Assembly: GCA_041651055.1 (NCBI GenBank)
Contig: JBAZJW010000001.1
Span: 84,737 to 148,736, forward strand
Direction: 5' to 3'
DNA length: 64,000 nt
From: Minisyncoccota bacterium
Lineage (GTDB): Bacteria > Patescibacteriota > Minisyncoccia > Phycocordibacterales > UBA5272
The position numbers and the translations under genes are program-made. Shown here piece after piece: positions 48,041 to 55,963 of this stretch (positions are counted from its first letter, which is position 1; the number at the start of each line of letters is the position of its first letter). Under the pieces are notes generated by a model that saw only the letters and a list, made by a program, of their open reading frames with translations, was not told the origin of the DNA and did no database searches.

Positions 48041-50005
48041 ATGGCTATGCTATACTCTATCAATATGGAAAGAATCTTCACTGGGTCTATTAGTATTACC
48101 TCAAAGAAGGATGGATATGTGCGAGTTCCGGAGCTTGAGCACGAAGGTGCTATTTTTGTTGACCATTCACACCTCAACACTGCGCTTCATGGAGACATGG
48201 TGCAAGTTGAACTTCTTGGTAAAAAGAAGAACGTAAAAGATGAGGACGAACTCTATGGAAAAGTTTTGAGTATTGTTGAGCGTGGAAAGAAGGGTTATGC
48301 GGGAATCATTGAAGAAGAAAACGGTATGTTCTTTTTACTTCCAGATGACAAGCGTATGTATACGGATATTATTATTCCGAACAATGCTCGCAAAGACGCC
48401 GAAGTGGGCATGAAGGTTCTCGTTGCTATTACAAATTGGACAGATCCAAAGAAATCTCCAGTCGGAGAGGTGACCGTGGTGCTCGGTAAACCAGGAGACA
48501 ACAATGCCGAAATGCTCGCGTATGCTCTTGAGCGTGGTTTTAGTGATGTGCACAATGAAGAGGTGGTGAAGGAAGCAGATGATATCAAAAAGCGAGGCAT
48601 CACAGAAAAAGACAAGGAGAATCGCAGGGATTTTCGTCAGATTCCTACGTTTACGATTGACCCAGCAGATGCAAAAGATTTCGACGATGCTATTTCATTT
48701 CAGACACTAGCGAATGGTCACTATGAGGTCGGGGTACATATCGCCGATGTGTCGTATTATGTGCGGCCAGGAATGGCCCTCGATGACGAATCAGTCGCTC
48801 GCGAAACTTCCGTATACCTTGTAGATAGATGTATTCCGATGCTTCCAGAAGTATTGTCGAATGATTTGTGTTCACTTGTTCAAGGAGAAGATCGTCTCGT
48901 GATGTCGTGTGTGCTTGAATTGGATGGTGAAGGAAAGGTTCACAACGAATGGTTCGGAAGATCTCTCATCAATTCACATCGTCGATATAGTTATGAGGAT
49001 GCACAGGCAACGCTCGATACAAAGCAGGGAGATTTTTACAATGAATTAAACATTTTGAATACTGTTGCGAAAAAGTTGACCCAGGCACGATTTGACAATG
49101 GCGCGCTCCAGCTCGAAACTGATGAAGTGAAGTTTAAATTAGACGAACAAGGTGTGCCTGTCGATGTGTACATTAAAACTCGTGGTGATACGCATAAATT
49201 AATCGAAGAGTACATGCTCTTGGCGAACAAGTATGTAAGTAAATTCATCACTAAGAAACAAGAAGAGAAAAATGGTGAAGGGAAGGCGATTTGTGTGTAC
49301 CGTGTTCACGACAAACCAGATCCAGATCGTATGCATGACCTCGACCTCTACATTCGCGGCTTGGGATATACCGTGCGATTCATGGATGGTCTCATTCCAT
49401 CACAAGACTTGAATGCGCTTCTCGAAAAGATGGGAGACAGACCAGAAAAGTCACTGCTTCAGGTGCATATTACTCGTTCTATGGCGAAGGCGATTTATAG
49501 TACCAAGAATATTGGTCACTACGGTCTTGCGTTTGATTACTATTCTCACTTCACGTCACCGATTCGTCGTTATCCAGATGTGCTCACTCATCGTTTGCTC
49601 ATGCGTGTGCTCGAAGGAGATTACCCACTGGAGTCAGAGCGTGGTTTGTATGACAAATTATGCATGCAAGCATCTCGTCGTGAAAAAGAGGCATCAGATG
49701 CTGAGCGTGGAAGTATCAAGTACAAGCAAGTGGAGTACATGTCATACCGTATCGGTCAGGAATTCGATGGTATGGTTTCCGGTGTTTCAGAATGGGGTAT
49801 TTATGTAGAAGAAAAGACGAGTAAGTGTGAAGGTATGATACGCCTTCGTGACCTCGGATCTGATTTCTATAACTTTGATCAAAAGGGTGGACGAGTGTTC
49901 GGTGAAAGAACGGGTATCGAATGGAAAATTGGCACACCGGTAAAAATAAAAGTGAAGAATGCGAATTTGGATTTGCGCGTGATTGATTATTCACTGGTGG
50001 CGTAA
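48041..50005 (+). CDS. rnr: Ribonuclease R / RNase II-family 3'-5' exoribonuclease
   Basis: RNB domain motifs (TIDPADAKDFDDAIS), cold-shock-like N-domain, C-terminal S1 domain. Confidence 0.9.
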   Translation: MAMLYSINMERIFTGSISITSKKDGYVRVPELEHEGAIFVDHSHLNTALHGDMVQVELLGKKKNVKDEDELYGKVLSIVERGKKGYAGIIEEENGMFFLLPDDKRMYTDIIIPNNARKDAEVGMKVLVAITNWTDPKKSPVGEVTVVLGKPGDNNAEMLAYALERGFSDVHNEEVVKEADDIKKRGITEKDKENRRDFRQIPTFTIDPADAKDFDDAISFQTLANGHYEVGVHIADVSYYVRPGMALDDESVARETSVYLVDRCIPMLPEVLSNDLCSLVQGEDRLVMSCVLELDGEGKVHNEWFGRSLINSHRRYSYEDAQATLDTKQGDFYNELNILNTVAKKLTQARFDNGALQLETDEVKFKLDEQGVPVDVYIKTRGDTHKLIEEYMLLANKYVSKFITKKQEEKNGEGKAICVYRVHDKPDPDRMHDLDLYIRGLGYTVRFMDGLIPSQDLNALLEKMGDRPEKSLLQVHITRSMAKAIYSTKNIGHYGLAFDYYSHFTSPIRRYPDVLTHRLLMRVLEGDYPLESERGLYDKLCMQASRREKEASDAERGSIKYKQVEYMSYRIGQEFDGMVSGVSEWGIYVEEKTSKCEGMIRLRDLGSDFYNFDQKGGRVFGERTGIEWKIGTPVKIKVKNANLDLRVIDYSLVA

Positions 50006-50079
50006 ATGGTATAAAAAGAACGGCTTTGCGGCTGTTTTTTGTTTGTGGTAGAATTAGATTTCAGAAAGGAGGGTGCTCT

Positions 50080-50316
50080 ATGACCATCTTAGCTCTCGAC
50101 CTTGACCAAGGTCAAAAAGAAAAACTTCGTGAAATTTGGGATAAGGATTTGGATCGCTTTGTTCTTTACGGAACAAGCTTTCCGCCTTGTCCGCAAGGAA
50201 GGAAGTGTGAATGCCCTAACGTGAAAAAAGCTATGGGGCTCGAATTTCACGCATGTGACCCAGACCCCGCGACCGGATGCATCGTTCAGGTCAGCGTATT
50301 CAGTCAGGGGGTTTGA
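50080..50316 (+). CDS. Small Cys-rich hypothetical protein (78 aa) in a GC-rich islet
   Basis: AAGGAGG ribosome-binding site 7 nt upstream. CPQGRKCECP ... CDPDPATGC. Confidence 0.5.
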   Translation: MTILALDLDQGQKEKLREIWDKDLDRFVLYGTSFPPCPQGRKCECPNVKKAMGLEFHACDPDPATGCIVQVSVFSQGV

Positions 50317-50391
50317 AAGGCCTTGCCGTTCCGGTATCTTCGGGACGTGCAGGGCTTTCCTTTTTTATGAGGGTATGGTAGAATAAGCCAC

Positions 50392-50691
50392 ATGTTAAAA
50401 ATCAGATTACAACGTACAGGACGCAAGAACGACCCACATTTCCGTCTTATTGTTACCGAAAGTACACTCAAGGCAAAGACATCTCAGTTTACTGAGATTG
50501 TTGGAACATATAACGTGAAGCAGGGAATTTTCGAAGCGAAGGGCGATCGTGTGAAGCACTGGATGTCAGTTGGAGCTCAGACAACACCAACCGTACACAA
50601 TCTCCTCGTTTCAAAAGGTGTTATCGAAGGAAAGAAAATAAATGTTCTTCCAAAGAAAACAGTTCAAGCAAAGAAAGAAGTAAAGGCATAA
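50392..50691 (+). CDS. rpsP: 30S ribosomal protein S16
   Basis: MLKIRLQRTGRKNDPHFRLIV N-terminus. Confidence 0.93.
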   Translation: MLKIRLQRTGRKNDPHFRLIVTESTLKAKTSQFTEIVGTYNVKQGIFEAKGDRVKHWMSVGAQTTPTVHNLLVSKGVIEGKKINVLPKKTVQAKKEVKA

Positions 50692-50699
50692 CTTTAAAA

Positions 50700-50733
50700 A
50701 TAAAATCTCTGCAATTGCAGAGATTTTATTTTT
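50700..50733 (+). terminator. Hairpin AAATCTCTGCAATTGCAGAGATTT followed by TATTTTT
   Basis: Perfect 10-bp stem after the rpsP stop. Confidence 0.7.
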
Positions 50734-50912
50734 AAAATTCACTTTTTTGTTAAAAGTTTCTAAAGTTTAAGGTTCATAAAGTAAGTCTAGGCTTTCATGT
50801 CTACTTTTGACTTTATGAACTTTTAACTGACTTTGTGCACAACTTTTACTATTCTATTTTGTACTTGGTACACTTACTGATGTAACGTACAAAATATACA
50901 AGAAAAACCAAT

Positions 50913-51263
50913 ATGAAAGATCAAGAATTTGTTGAATACGTAGTGAAAGCTTTAGTGGATAATCCCGATCAGGTGAAAGTAGAACGACGAGTTGATGAAA
51001 TGGGTGTGCTTATTACTCTTGATGTTGGTGCGGAAGACATGGGAAAGATAATAGGACGCGATGGTGCGACAGCAAAAGCGCTCCGCACACTTCTTCGTGT
51101 TGTTGGAATGAAAAATAATGCTCGTGTGAATTTGAAAATTAATGAACCAGAAGGACGCGCCCCACAAATGATAAAGGAAGAAGAAATTGGAAGCCAATCA
51201 TATACACCACGATATGATACTTCTGATGTTGATGCTGTTATGCAGGACCTGAAAGGGATTTGA
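50913..51263 (+). CDS. KH-domain RNA-binding protein (UPF0109/YlqC-like) with C-terminal extension
   Basis: GKIIGRDGATAKALRTLLR KH motif. Canonical position between rpsP and trmD. Confidence 0.8.
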   Translation: MKDQEFVEYVVKALVDNPDQVKVERRVDEMGVLITLDVGAEDMGKIIGRDGATAKALRTLLRVVGMKNNARVNLKINEPEGRAPQMIKEEEIGSQSYTPRYDTSDVDAVMQDLKGI

Positions 51264-51407
51264 GTTAAAATCACTCCATCTACTTTGTCGCTACAGAATT
51301 TTTCTCAGTCGACGTACTAAATGTACGCCTTCTTTGAAAAATTCCTAAGCTTCGCGTATCTGGAACAATTTTAACTCAAATCAATTCGATCGTTAGTAAT
51401 AAAAAAA

Positions 51408-51424
51408 GAGCACCAGGGGTGCTC
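51408..51424 (-). terminator. Hairpin GAGCACC-cct-GGTGCTC followed by T7 on the minus strand
   Basis: Follows the TAA of the 51435-51560 ORF. Confidence 0.6.
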
Positions 51425-51434
51425 GGGGTTTCCC

Positions 51435-51560
51435 TTATTGCTCCGGAGATTCCGGCTGAGGGTTTTGGGGTGTTTGAGGCTGTTGCTTTGGCAGAAAAGC
51501 CCACCAAGCCGGATAGGGGTGCTCGACCCCTTTTTGTTCGGTTTGTTTTTCTTGGGCCAT
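51435..51560 (-). CDS. Small Gln/Pro-rich hypothetical peptide (41 aa, MAQEKQTEQKG...)
   Basis: ATG overlaps the stop of the upstream 41-aa ORF (TGAGCATG). Terminator directly after its stop. GC-rich islet. Confidence 0.4.
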   Translation of the reverse strand: MAQEKQTEQKGVEHPYPAWWAFLPKQQPQTPQNPQPESPEQ

Positions 51561-51562
51561 GC

Positions 51563-51688
51563 TCACCTCTTCGAGAAGGCAAGAACAACAGCACCAACAG
51601 CAACAATCGCCACACAGACGATAGAAGCCAGAAAGAGGAGTCCTTTCGAGGTCTCCACGATGCTGCGAAGCCTGCTTTCGTGTTTCAT
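51563..51688 (-). CDS. Small hydrophobic peptide (41 aa, MKHESRLRSIVETSKGLLFLASIVCVAIVAVGAVVLAFSKR), single TM
   Basis: CAGGAGAAAAGT ribosome-binding site before the ATG. Alternative-frame ORFs (51376-51615 minus and 51419-51748 plus) run through the terminator or lack a ribosome-binding site. Confidence 0.45.
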   Translation of the reverse strand: MKHESRLRSIVETSKGLLFLASIVCVAIVAVGAVVLAFSKR

Positions 51689-51750
51689 ACTTTTCTCCTG
51701 GTAGTTGACGTTTTATATTTTACATATTTTATGATATACTGTCAATAATT

Positions 51751-52470
51751 ATGAATTACCACGTGGTGACAATTTTCCCGAACATGCTCGACTCTTATTT
51801 TTCGGAGTCGATTATTTATCGTGCTATAGAAAATAAATTGATAGAAGTAAACACCTATGCGCTTCGTGACTATACGGTAGATAAGCATCGCCGCGTTGAT
51901 GGTCGTCCGTATGGAGGAGGACCTGGTATGGTGATGTGGGTTGATCCACTCATTCGTTGTGTCGAAGACATACAAAAGAAAATAGAAAAAAGAGATAAGA
52001 AACTTAGTTTTAAGAAATCTAAAACGACTAACGACAAACGAAGAACGACTAACGTTTTGGTTGTTATCTTTAACGCTGGGGGAACAATGTTTACCAACAC
52101 CCTTGCTCAGACGTCAGCCAAAAAGTATACCGACATTATTTTCATTTGTGGAAGATATGAAGGGGTGGATTCTCGTGTGAAAAAGATCCTGAAGGCCAAA
52201 GAGTGGAGTATAGGGGAATACGTGCTCACAGGCGGAGAATTGCCTGCCATGGTGTGTATTGATGCAATATCGCGTCAGATTAAAGGAGTGCTCAACGACG
52301 AGCTCTCGCTCGAAGAAAAGCGTATGGCATCACACGAGATTTATGCACGCCCAGAAGTGTATGAATATGCTGGTAAAAAGTATCGCGTACCAAAAGTCCT
52401 TTTATCAGGAAACCATAAGTTGATTGATGAGTATAGGGCAAAGAAAGAAAATAAAATTGGAAAAAAGTAA
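51751..52470 (+). CDS. trmD: tRNA (guanine37-N1)-methyltransferase TrmD with a Lys-rich low-complexity insertion
   Basis: SPOUT knot motifs (ICGRYEGVD, LTGGELPAMV). Insertion KKIEKRDKKLSFKKSKTTNDKRRTTN is encoded by an AACGAAGAACGACTAACG repeat-like tract (52021-52054). Confidence 0.9.
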   Translation: MNYHVVTIFPNMLDSYFSESIIYRAIENKLIEVNTYALRDYTVDKHRRVDGRPYGGGPGMVMWVDPLIRCVEDIQKKIEKRDKKLSFKKSKTTNDKRRTTNVLVVIFNAGGTMFTNTLAQTSAKKYTDIIFICGRYEGVDSRVKKILKAKEWSIGEYVLTGGELPAMVCIDAISRQIKGVLNDELSLEEKRMASHEIYARPEVYEYAGKKYRVPKVLLSGNHKLIDEYRAKKENKIGKK

Positions 52471-52523
52471 TTGAATTGATTTTTTTGTTAGCTGTAACCC
52501 ATAACCTGTAAACTATTTAAAAC

Positions 52524-52736
52524 ATGTACCTAAAAATAAAAGTAATCTCAGACGCACGTTCTGAAAAAATAGAAAAGCGATCTGAAAACGATTGGCGTGT
52601 TTGGGTTAAAGCACCAGCAGAACATAACGCCGCGAATACTCGTGTTCTTGAAATTGTGCGAGAGGATTATCCTGGTGAACTTGTTCGTATTGTGAGTGGT
52701 CATCACTCTCCTTCAAAAATTGTGAGTATCGGGTAA
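52524..52736 (+). CDS. DUF167 (YggU-like) protein
   Basis: VKAPAEHNAAN...IVSGHHSPSKIVSI pattern of UPF0235. Confidence 0.7.
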   Translation: MYLKIKVISDARSEKIEKRSENDWRVWVKAPAEHNAANTRVLEIVREDYPGELVRIVSGHHSPSKIVSIG

Positions 52737-52768
52737 TTCTGGTAGAATAGTGTGCACTTGTTTGTTAT

Positions 52769-52869
52769 GCCGATGTAGCTCGAGACGGCTCGGCCGCGAA
52801 GATGTCGAAAGTTAGCAAACTTTCGAAACGGATGAATCAGCAGATTCATGGCTTGGCCATAAGTAGATT
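52769..52869 (+). ncRNA. Conserved structured element of about 101 nt upstream of tRNA-Thr(GGU). The 5' end copies tRNA nt 1-13, followed by two conserved hairpins.
   Basis: GCCGATGTAGCTC equals the tRNA 5' end. Hairpins TCGAAAGTT-agc-AACTTTCGA and ATGAATC-agca-GATTCAT. Homologous copy at 55273-55373 with compensatory changes. Confidence 0.55.
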
Positions 52870-52911
52870 ATCAAAACGTGTATAAAGTTAGTGGGTAGTT
52901 GGATAATATAA

Positions 52912-52987
52912 GCCGATGTAGCTCAGTTGGTAGAGCACGTCATTGGTAATGACGAGGTCAGCAGTTCAATTCTGCTCATCGGCTCCA
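52912..52987 (+). tRNA. tRNA-Thr (anticodon GGU), CCA encoded
   Basis: Acceptor GCCGATG/CATCGGC, D-arm GCTC-AGTTGGTA-GAGC, anticodon stem CGTCA/TGACG with loop TTGGTAA, T-arm GCAGTTCAATTCTGC, discriminator T plus CCA. Confidence 0.88.
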
Positions 52988-53119
52988 AAAAAATAAGCGA
53001 AGCCATTTTTTAGAGCTGTTGAGCCTAAAATTCGCAGAGTGAATTTTAGGTAGACATGAACTGCTTCATGTCTTACAGAATTGAATGGGCGCAGTTCAAG
53101 GAGCGAAGAGCGACGAAGA

Positions 53120-53269
53120 TGTCCGTAGCCAGCAGGCGTAGGACAAAAATAGATAGAGCAAGCGAAACCACGAGCGGCGGGTGATTAGTAAATCATGCCG
53201 AGAGGCCAAAGCGAGTTCGTCGAGTGGCGACGAGATGAAACTTGTAGTCGGTTCTGATCATCGTCTCAG
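53120..53269. repeat. tRNA-associated mini-insertion downstream of tRNA-Thr(GGU). Core CGAGCGGCGGGTGATTAGTAAATCATGCCGAGAG, ending in CTTGTAGTCGGTTCTGATCATCGTCTCAG, which resembles the tRNA T-arm/3' end.
   Basis: Core homologous to 5931-5987. Terminal segment shares TTCTG.TCATCG with the tRNA-Thr 3' end. GC-richer than the flanks. Confidence 0.6.
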
Positions 53270-53319
53270 AATCGTTTTCTTTCCCAGCAGTATCCCAATC
53301 TTTCCTTTCAGGGTATCAT

Positions 53320-54366
53320 ATGCACATGACCTCGACACTTGCGAAAGTAAATATTATATCTTTCGGACTTCTTGCATTCATTATTGCTGGATACCTCGCT
53401 ATTCATCTTTCTGCGCGCGAAGTTTTTATCCGGGAATTTTTGGCGCCTGAACCAGAAAGAACAAAGCCTCTTCTTTTTACGGGAGATATTATGCTCGGAA
53501 GGCACGTGGAAGATCTTATGAACAAAAATGGGTTAGCGTATCCTTTTGCGAGTACAACAGATTTTTTGAAAAGTCACGTAACAATTTCAAATCTAGAAGG
53601 GCCCATACCAGAAGAACATATTCCTACAAAAACAAATGGGATGACTTTTTCATTTCCATCGCGTACACCAACCGTCTTGAAAGAAAATGGCATAGCTGCT
53701 GTTTCTTTAGCGAATAATCATGCACTTGATCAAAAGGTTTCTGGGTATGAATACACTAAGCTTATTCTCGATCACGAAGGTGTCGCTCATTTCGGAGGCT
53801 ACAGCACGACTGTGCCAGATTATTTTGAAACGCATATCGGTACAACGTCCGTCGTTGTTTATGGTATTAATATGATTTCGAGTACATGGAACATAAGAAC
53901 GGCGTATCGCGTCACTGAAGATTTACAGAAAGAATTTCCAGATTCCGTTCTCATTGCATTTATTCATTGGGGTAATGAATATGATTTAAAGCAAGGTGTA
54001 CAACAAGAAGAGTTTGCTCACGCTCTTATCGACAGGGGGGTCGACTCCATTGTCGGCTCGCATCCACATGTTATGCAAGGTGTGGAACTATACAAAGGTG
54101 TACCTATTTTTTATTCACTCGGAAATTTTATTTTTGATCAGTATTTCTCTCAAGATGTAGAGCGGGGATATACGCTTGCTCTTGATAAAAAAGATGAGAT
54201 GCTCATCTATTCGATCATTCCAATTATGAGTGATCACAGTCGCCCATATTTTCCTTCACAAGAAATGTCTCAAAATATTCTCTCAGTGATCGCAAGTAAT
54301 TCAAGTAAAGACTTACAAAATCTTGTGGAGAAAGGGGAGATCATTGTGCCACTTCTGTTCAAATAA
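53320..54366 (+). CDS. CapA/PgsA-family metallophosphoesterase (poly-gamma-glutamate capsule synthesis protein-like)
   Basis: N-terminal TM. FTGDIMLGRHV, SLANNHALD and HWGNEY metallophosphatase motifs. Confidence 0.8.
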   Translation: MHMTSTLAKVNIISFGLLAFIIAGYLAIHLSAREVFIREFLAPEPERTKPLLFTGDIMLGRHVEDLMNKNGLAYPFASTTDFLKSHVTISNLEGPIPEEHIPTKTNGMTFSFPSRTPTVLKENGIAAVSLANNHALDQKVSGYEYTKLILDHEGVAHFGGYSTTVPDYFETHIGTTSVVVYGINMISSTWNIRTAYRVTEDLQKEFPDSVLIAFIHWGNEYDLKQGVQQEEFAHALIDRGVDSIVGSHPHVMQGVELYKGVPIFYSLGNFIFDQYFSQDVERGYTLALDKKDEMLIYSIIPIMSDHSRPYFPSQEMSQNILSVIASNSSKDLQNLVEKGEIIVPLLFK

Positions 54367-54395
54367 TCGCTACATTATCTCTAAAACTTCTGTTT

Positions 54396-54460
54396 CCCAT
54401 GTCATTCCAAACTTGATTTGGAATCCAGTGGACACTGGACCCCAATTGTCATTGGGGTGA
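54396..54460. repeat. Hairpin cluster GTCATTCCAAACTTGATTTGGAATCCAGTGGACACTGGACCCCAATTGTCATTGGGGTGAC
   Basis: Three consecutive short hairpins. Direct-repeat partner at 55186-55240 (GTCATTCCAGCGAAGGCTGGAATCCAGGTTCTGGATTGTC). Confidence 0.65.
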
Positions 54461-54477
54461 CAAAAACAAGGACGAAG

Positions 54478-55095
54478 TTACAGTTCTATTGTGTGCACGC
54501 TTGTATTATCGATGGGGAATTGTGAAGGATTAAAAACGGTTAGTGCGTGAAGCTCTTTGAGTTCTTCCAAATCTTCATCTGAAAGGTCTACACTTCCTCG
54601 TTCTTTAACTTTTTGGAGATATGTCTTTAGTCCATAAATAAATCTTCCATGACTAAAAATAGCAATCGTTTTCTCTTCTCGTCCTTCTAATTTTTTTACT
54701 AATCTTTTCATGCGAGCAATGAGCTCTGAAAAAGATTCAACACCCTCACCAGTCTTATGATGAATATCCGCATGCCTCCAGTAATCGATAGCAATTTTCT
54801 GCCTTTCTTTTTGATCAGCATCGTTGTAGAGTCGCGGATCAAGATAGGTGAATTCTTCCACATCCCATATTTCCACAGGGATCGATGGGTTCTTGGCGAT
54901 GAAAGGTTCTGCCGTTTCTCTTGTGCGTGAAAACGAAGAGAGAACAATGAGATCGGGGATTACGTCTAATGTTTCGGCTAAGACCTGTGCCTGCAGACGA
55001 CCTTTTTCTGAAAGCGGAATCGCATCGTGTGTATCAATTTTCCCGCCAGCATTACCGACACTTTCCGCGTGCCTGATAATAAGAATTTTCTTCAT
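54478..55095 (-). CDS. Histidine phosphatase superfamily protein (phosphoglycerate-mutase-like)
   Basis: N-terminal IRHAESVGN catalytic RHG-type motif and C-terminal IFSHGRFI. Confidence 0.85.
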   Translation of the reverse strand: MKKILIIRHAESVGNAGGKIDTHDAIPLSEKGRLQAQVLAETLDVIPDLIVLSSFSRTRETAEPFIAKNPSIPVEIWDVEEFTYLDPRLYNDADQKERQKIAIDYWRHADIHHKTGEGVESFSELIARMKRLVKKLEGREEKTIAIFSHGRFIYGLKTYLQKVKERGSVDLSDEDLEELKELHALTVFNPSQFPIDNTSVHTIEL

Positions 55096-55185
55096 GGTTC
55101 TTATTTTATCATACTTGGTACGGGCTTTAATAAAAGCAATAATATGTTAGAATATTTAAACTTAGTTCATGATCAATCATTTTTT

Positions 55186-55240
55186 TGAATTTGTCATTCC
55201 AGCGAAGGCTGGAATCCAGGTTCTGGATTGTCAAAATGTG
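55186..55240. repeat. Second copy of the GTCATTCC...GGAATCCAG hairpin-cluster repeat
   Basis: Same orientation as the 54396 copy. The pair flanks the phosphatase gene. Confidence 0.65.
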
Positions 55241-55272
55241 TGCAAGGTTAGAGGGCAATGAAAATATAATAA

Positions 55273-55373
55273 GTCAGAGTAGCTCGAGACGGCTCGGCCG
55301 CGAAGGTGTCGAAAGTTAGCAAACTTTCGACACAGTTGAATCACCAGATTCATGGCTTGGCCATAAGTAGATT
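55273..55373 (+). ncRNA. Second copy of the tRNA-Thr upstream structured element. The 5' end (GTCAGAGTAGCTC) mimics the 5' end of tRNA-Thr(CGU).
   Basis: About 85% identical to 52769-52869. Hairpin 1 extended to 12 bp by compensatory A-to-G and A-to-C changes. The 5' mimic co-varies with its own tRNA. Confidence 0.55.
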
Positions 55374-55416
55374 CTTAAAATGTGTAAAAAGTTAGTAGGT
55401 AATGAAAATAAAATAA

Positions 55417-55492
55417 GCCAGAGTAGCTCAATTGGTAGAGCACCGGTATCGTAAATCGTAGGTTGCCGGTTCAAGTCCGGCCTCTGGCTCCA
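55417..55492 (+). tRNA. tRNA-Thr (anticodon CGU, with C27:U43 mismatch), CCA encoded
   Basis: Acceptor GCCAGAG/CTCTGGC, D-arm GCTC-AATTGGTA-GAGC, anticodon arm CCGGT-ATCGTAA-ATCGT, T-arm GCCGG-TTCAAGT-CCGGC, discriminator T plus CCA. Confidence 0.75.
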
Positions 55493-55578
55493 AAAATAAA
55501 ATAGTAATGATAAGTAGACAAAAGGTCTTTTTTTGGATAGTGTAAGGGCTGTTCTTAACCAACCCAAGGGAGGTCAAA

Positions 55579-55908
55579 ATGGAAAAACCAAGTATAGACA
55601 CTCCTTTGGTTCGTCACGTTCTCGAATGCGTGGAATCGGTAGAGGGGTCTCGAAAAACAGCACAAGAAATCAAGACCATGTACGAAAAAAGGAACCCTCC
55701 ACTTTCGTGGATGCGCAGTGCTTCTGGAGCTCTCGTGTCTTTGGAAAATATAGAGTGGGCTCTCAAGTTTTTGGCAGAGGCCAAGTACATACAACGAGAG
55801 CTTACCCGTTTCTATGATTTCGAGAGAGGGGACTCCGAAATGAAAGAAGATACCTGGATGTATTTCAAAAAGAAAAAAGAGATACCTCCTCCACCCCGTA
55901 AGAAGTAA
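55579..55908 (+). CDS. Hypothetical protein (109 aa)
   Basis: Strong AAGGGAGG ribosome-binding site. Terminator hairpin AGCACCGCT-ccaaa-AGCGGTGCT at 55909-55931. Confidence 0.6.
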   Translation: MEKPSIDTPLVRHVLECVESVEGSRKTAQEIKTMYEKRNPPLSWMRSASGALVSLENIEWALKFLAEAKYIQRELTRFYDFERGDSEMKEDTWMYFKKKKEIPPPPRKK

Positions 55909-55938
55909 CAGCACCGCTCCAAAAGCGGTGCTAAATTT
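55909..55938 (+). terminator. Hairpin AGCACCGCT-ccaaa-AGCGGTGCT followed by AAATTTTTAT
   Basis: 9-bp stem directly after the stop. Confidence 0.65.
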
Positions 55939-55949
55939 TTATGTACTTG

Positions 55950-55955
55950 CTATAA
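55950..55955 (+). promoter_or_regulatory. TATAAT -10-like hexamer 7-8 nt upstream of the prfB ATG (possible leaderless transcript)
   Basis: ttgcTATAATactgataATG. An analogous TACAAT lies 6 nt upstream of the ftsE ATG (59409-59414). Confidence 0.3.
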
Positions 55956-55963
55956 TACTGATA

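Noticed and set aside
51376-51748. 79-aa minus ORF (51376-51615) and 109-aa plus ORF (51419-51748)
   Set aside because: The minus ORF reads through an intrinsic terminator and starts at a non-ATG without a ribosome-binding site. The plus ORF has no ribosome-binding site and is antisense to the two SD-supported 41-codon ORFs.
52769-52869. A 27-codon ORF (MSKVSKLSKRMNQQIHGLAISRLSKRV) inside the tRNA-Thr upstream element
   Set aside because: All differences between the two copies are non-synonymous but compensatory in RNA hairpins, and the start codon changes from ATG to GTG. Structure is conserved, not coding.
53181-53450. 89-aa plus-strand ORF downstream of tRNA-Thr
   Set aside because: Overlaps the capA start in another frame, lacks a ribosome-binding site, and lies in the tRNA-fragment-bearing mini-insertion.
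55928-55963. Upstream extension of prfB (GTG/MLNFYVLAIILI) and the possibility of a +1 programmed frameshift
   Set aside because: The extension lies inside the terminator hairpin of the preceding gene, has no ribosome-binding site, and the region has no CTTTGA shift site. MSDISQ aligns with RF2 after the canonical frameshift position.
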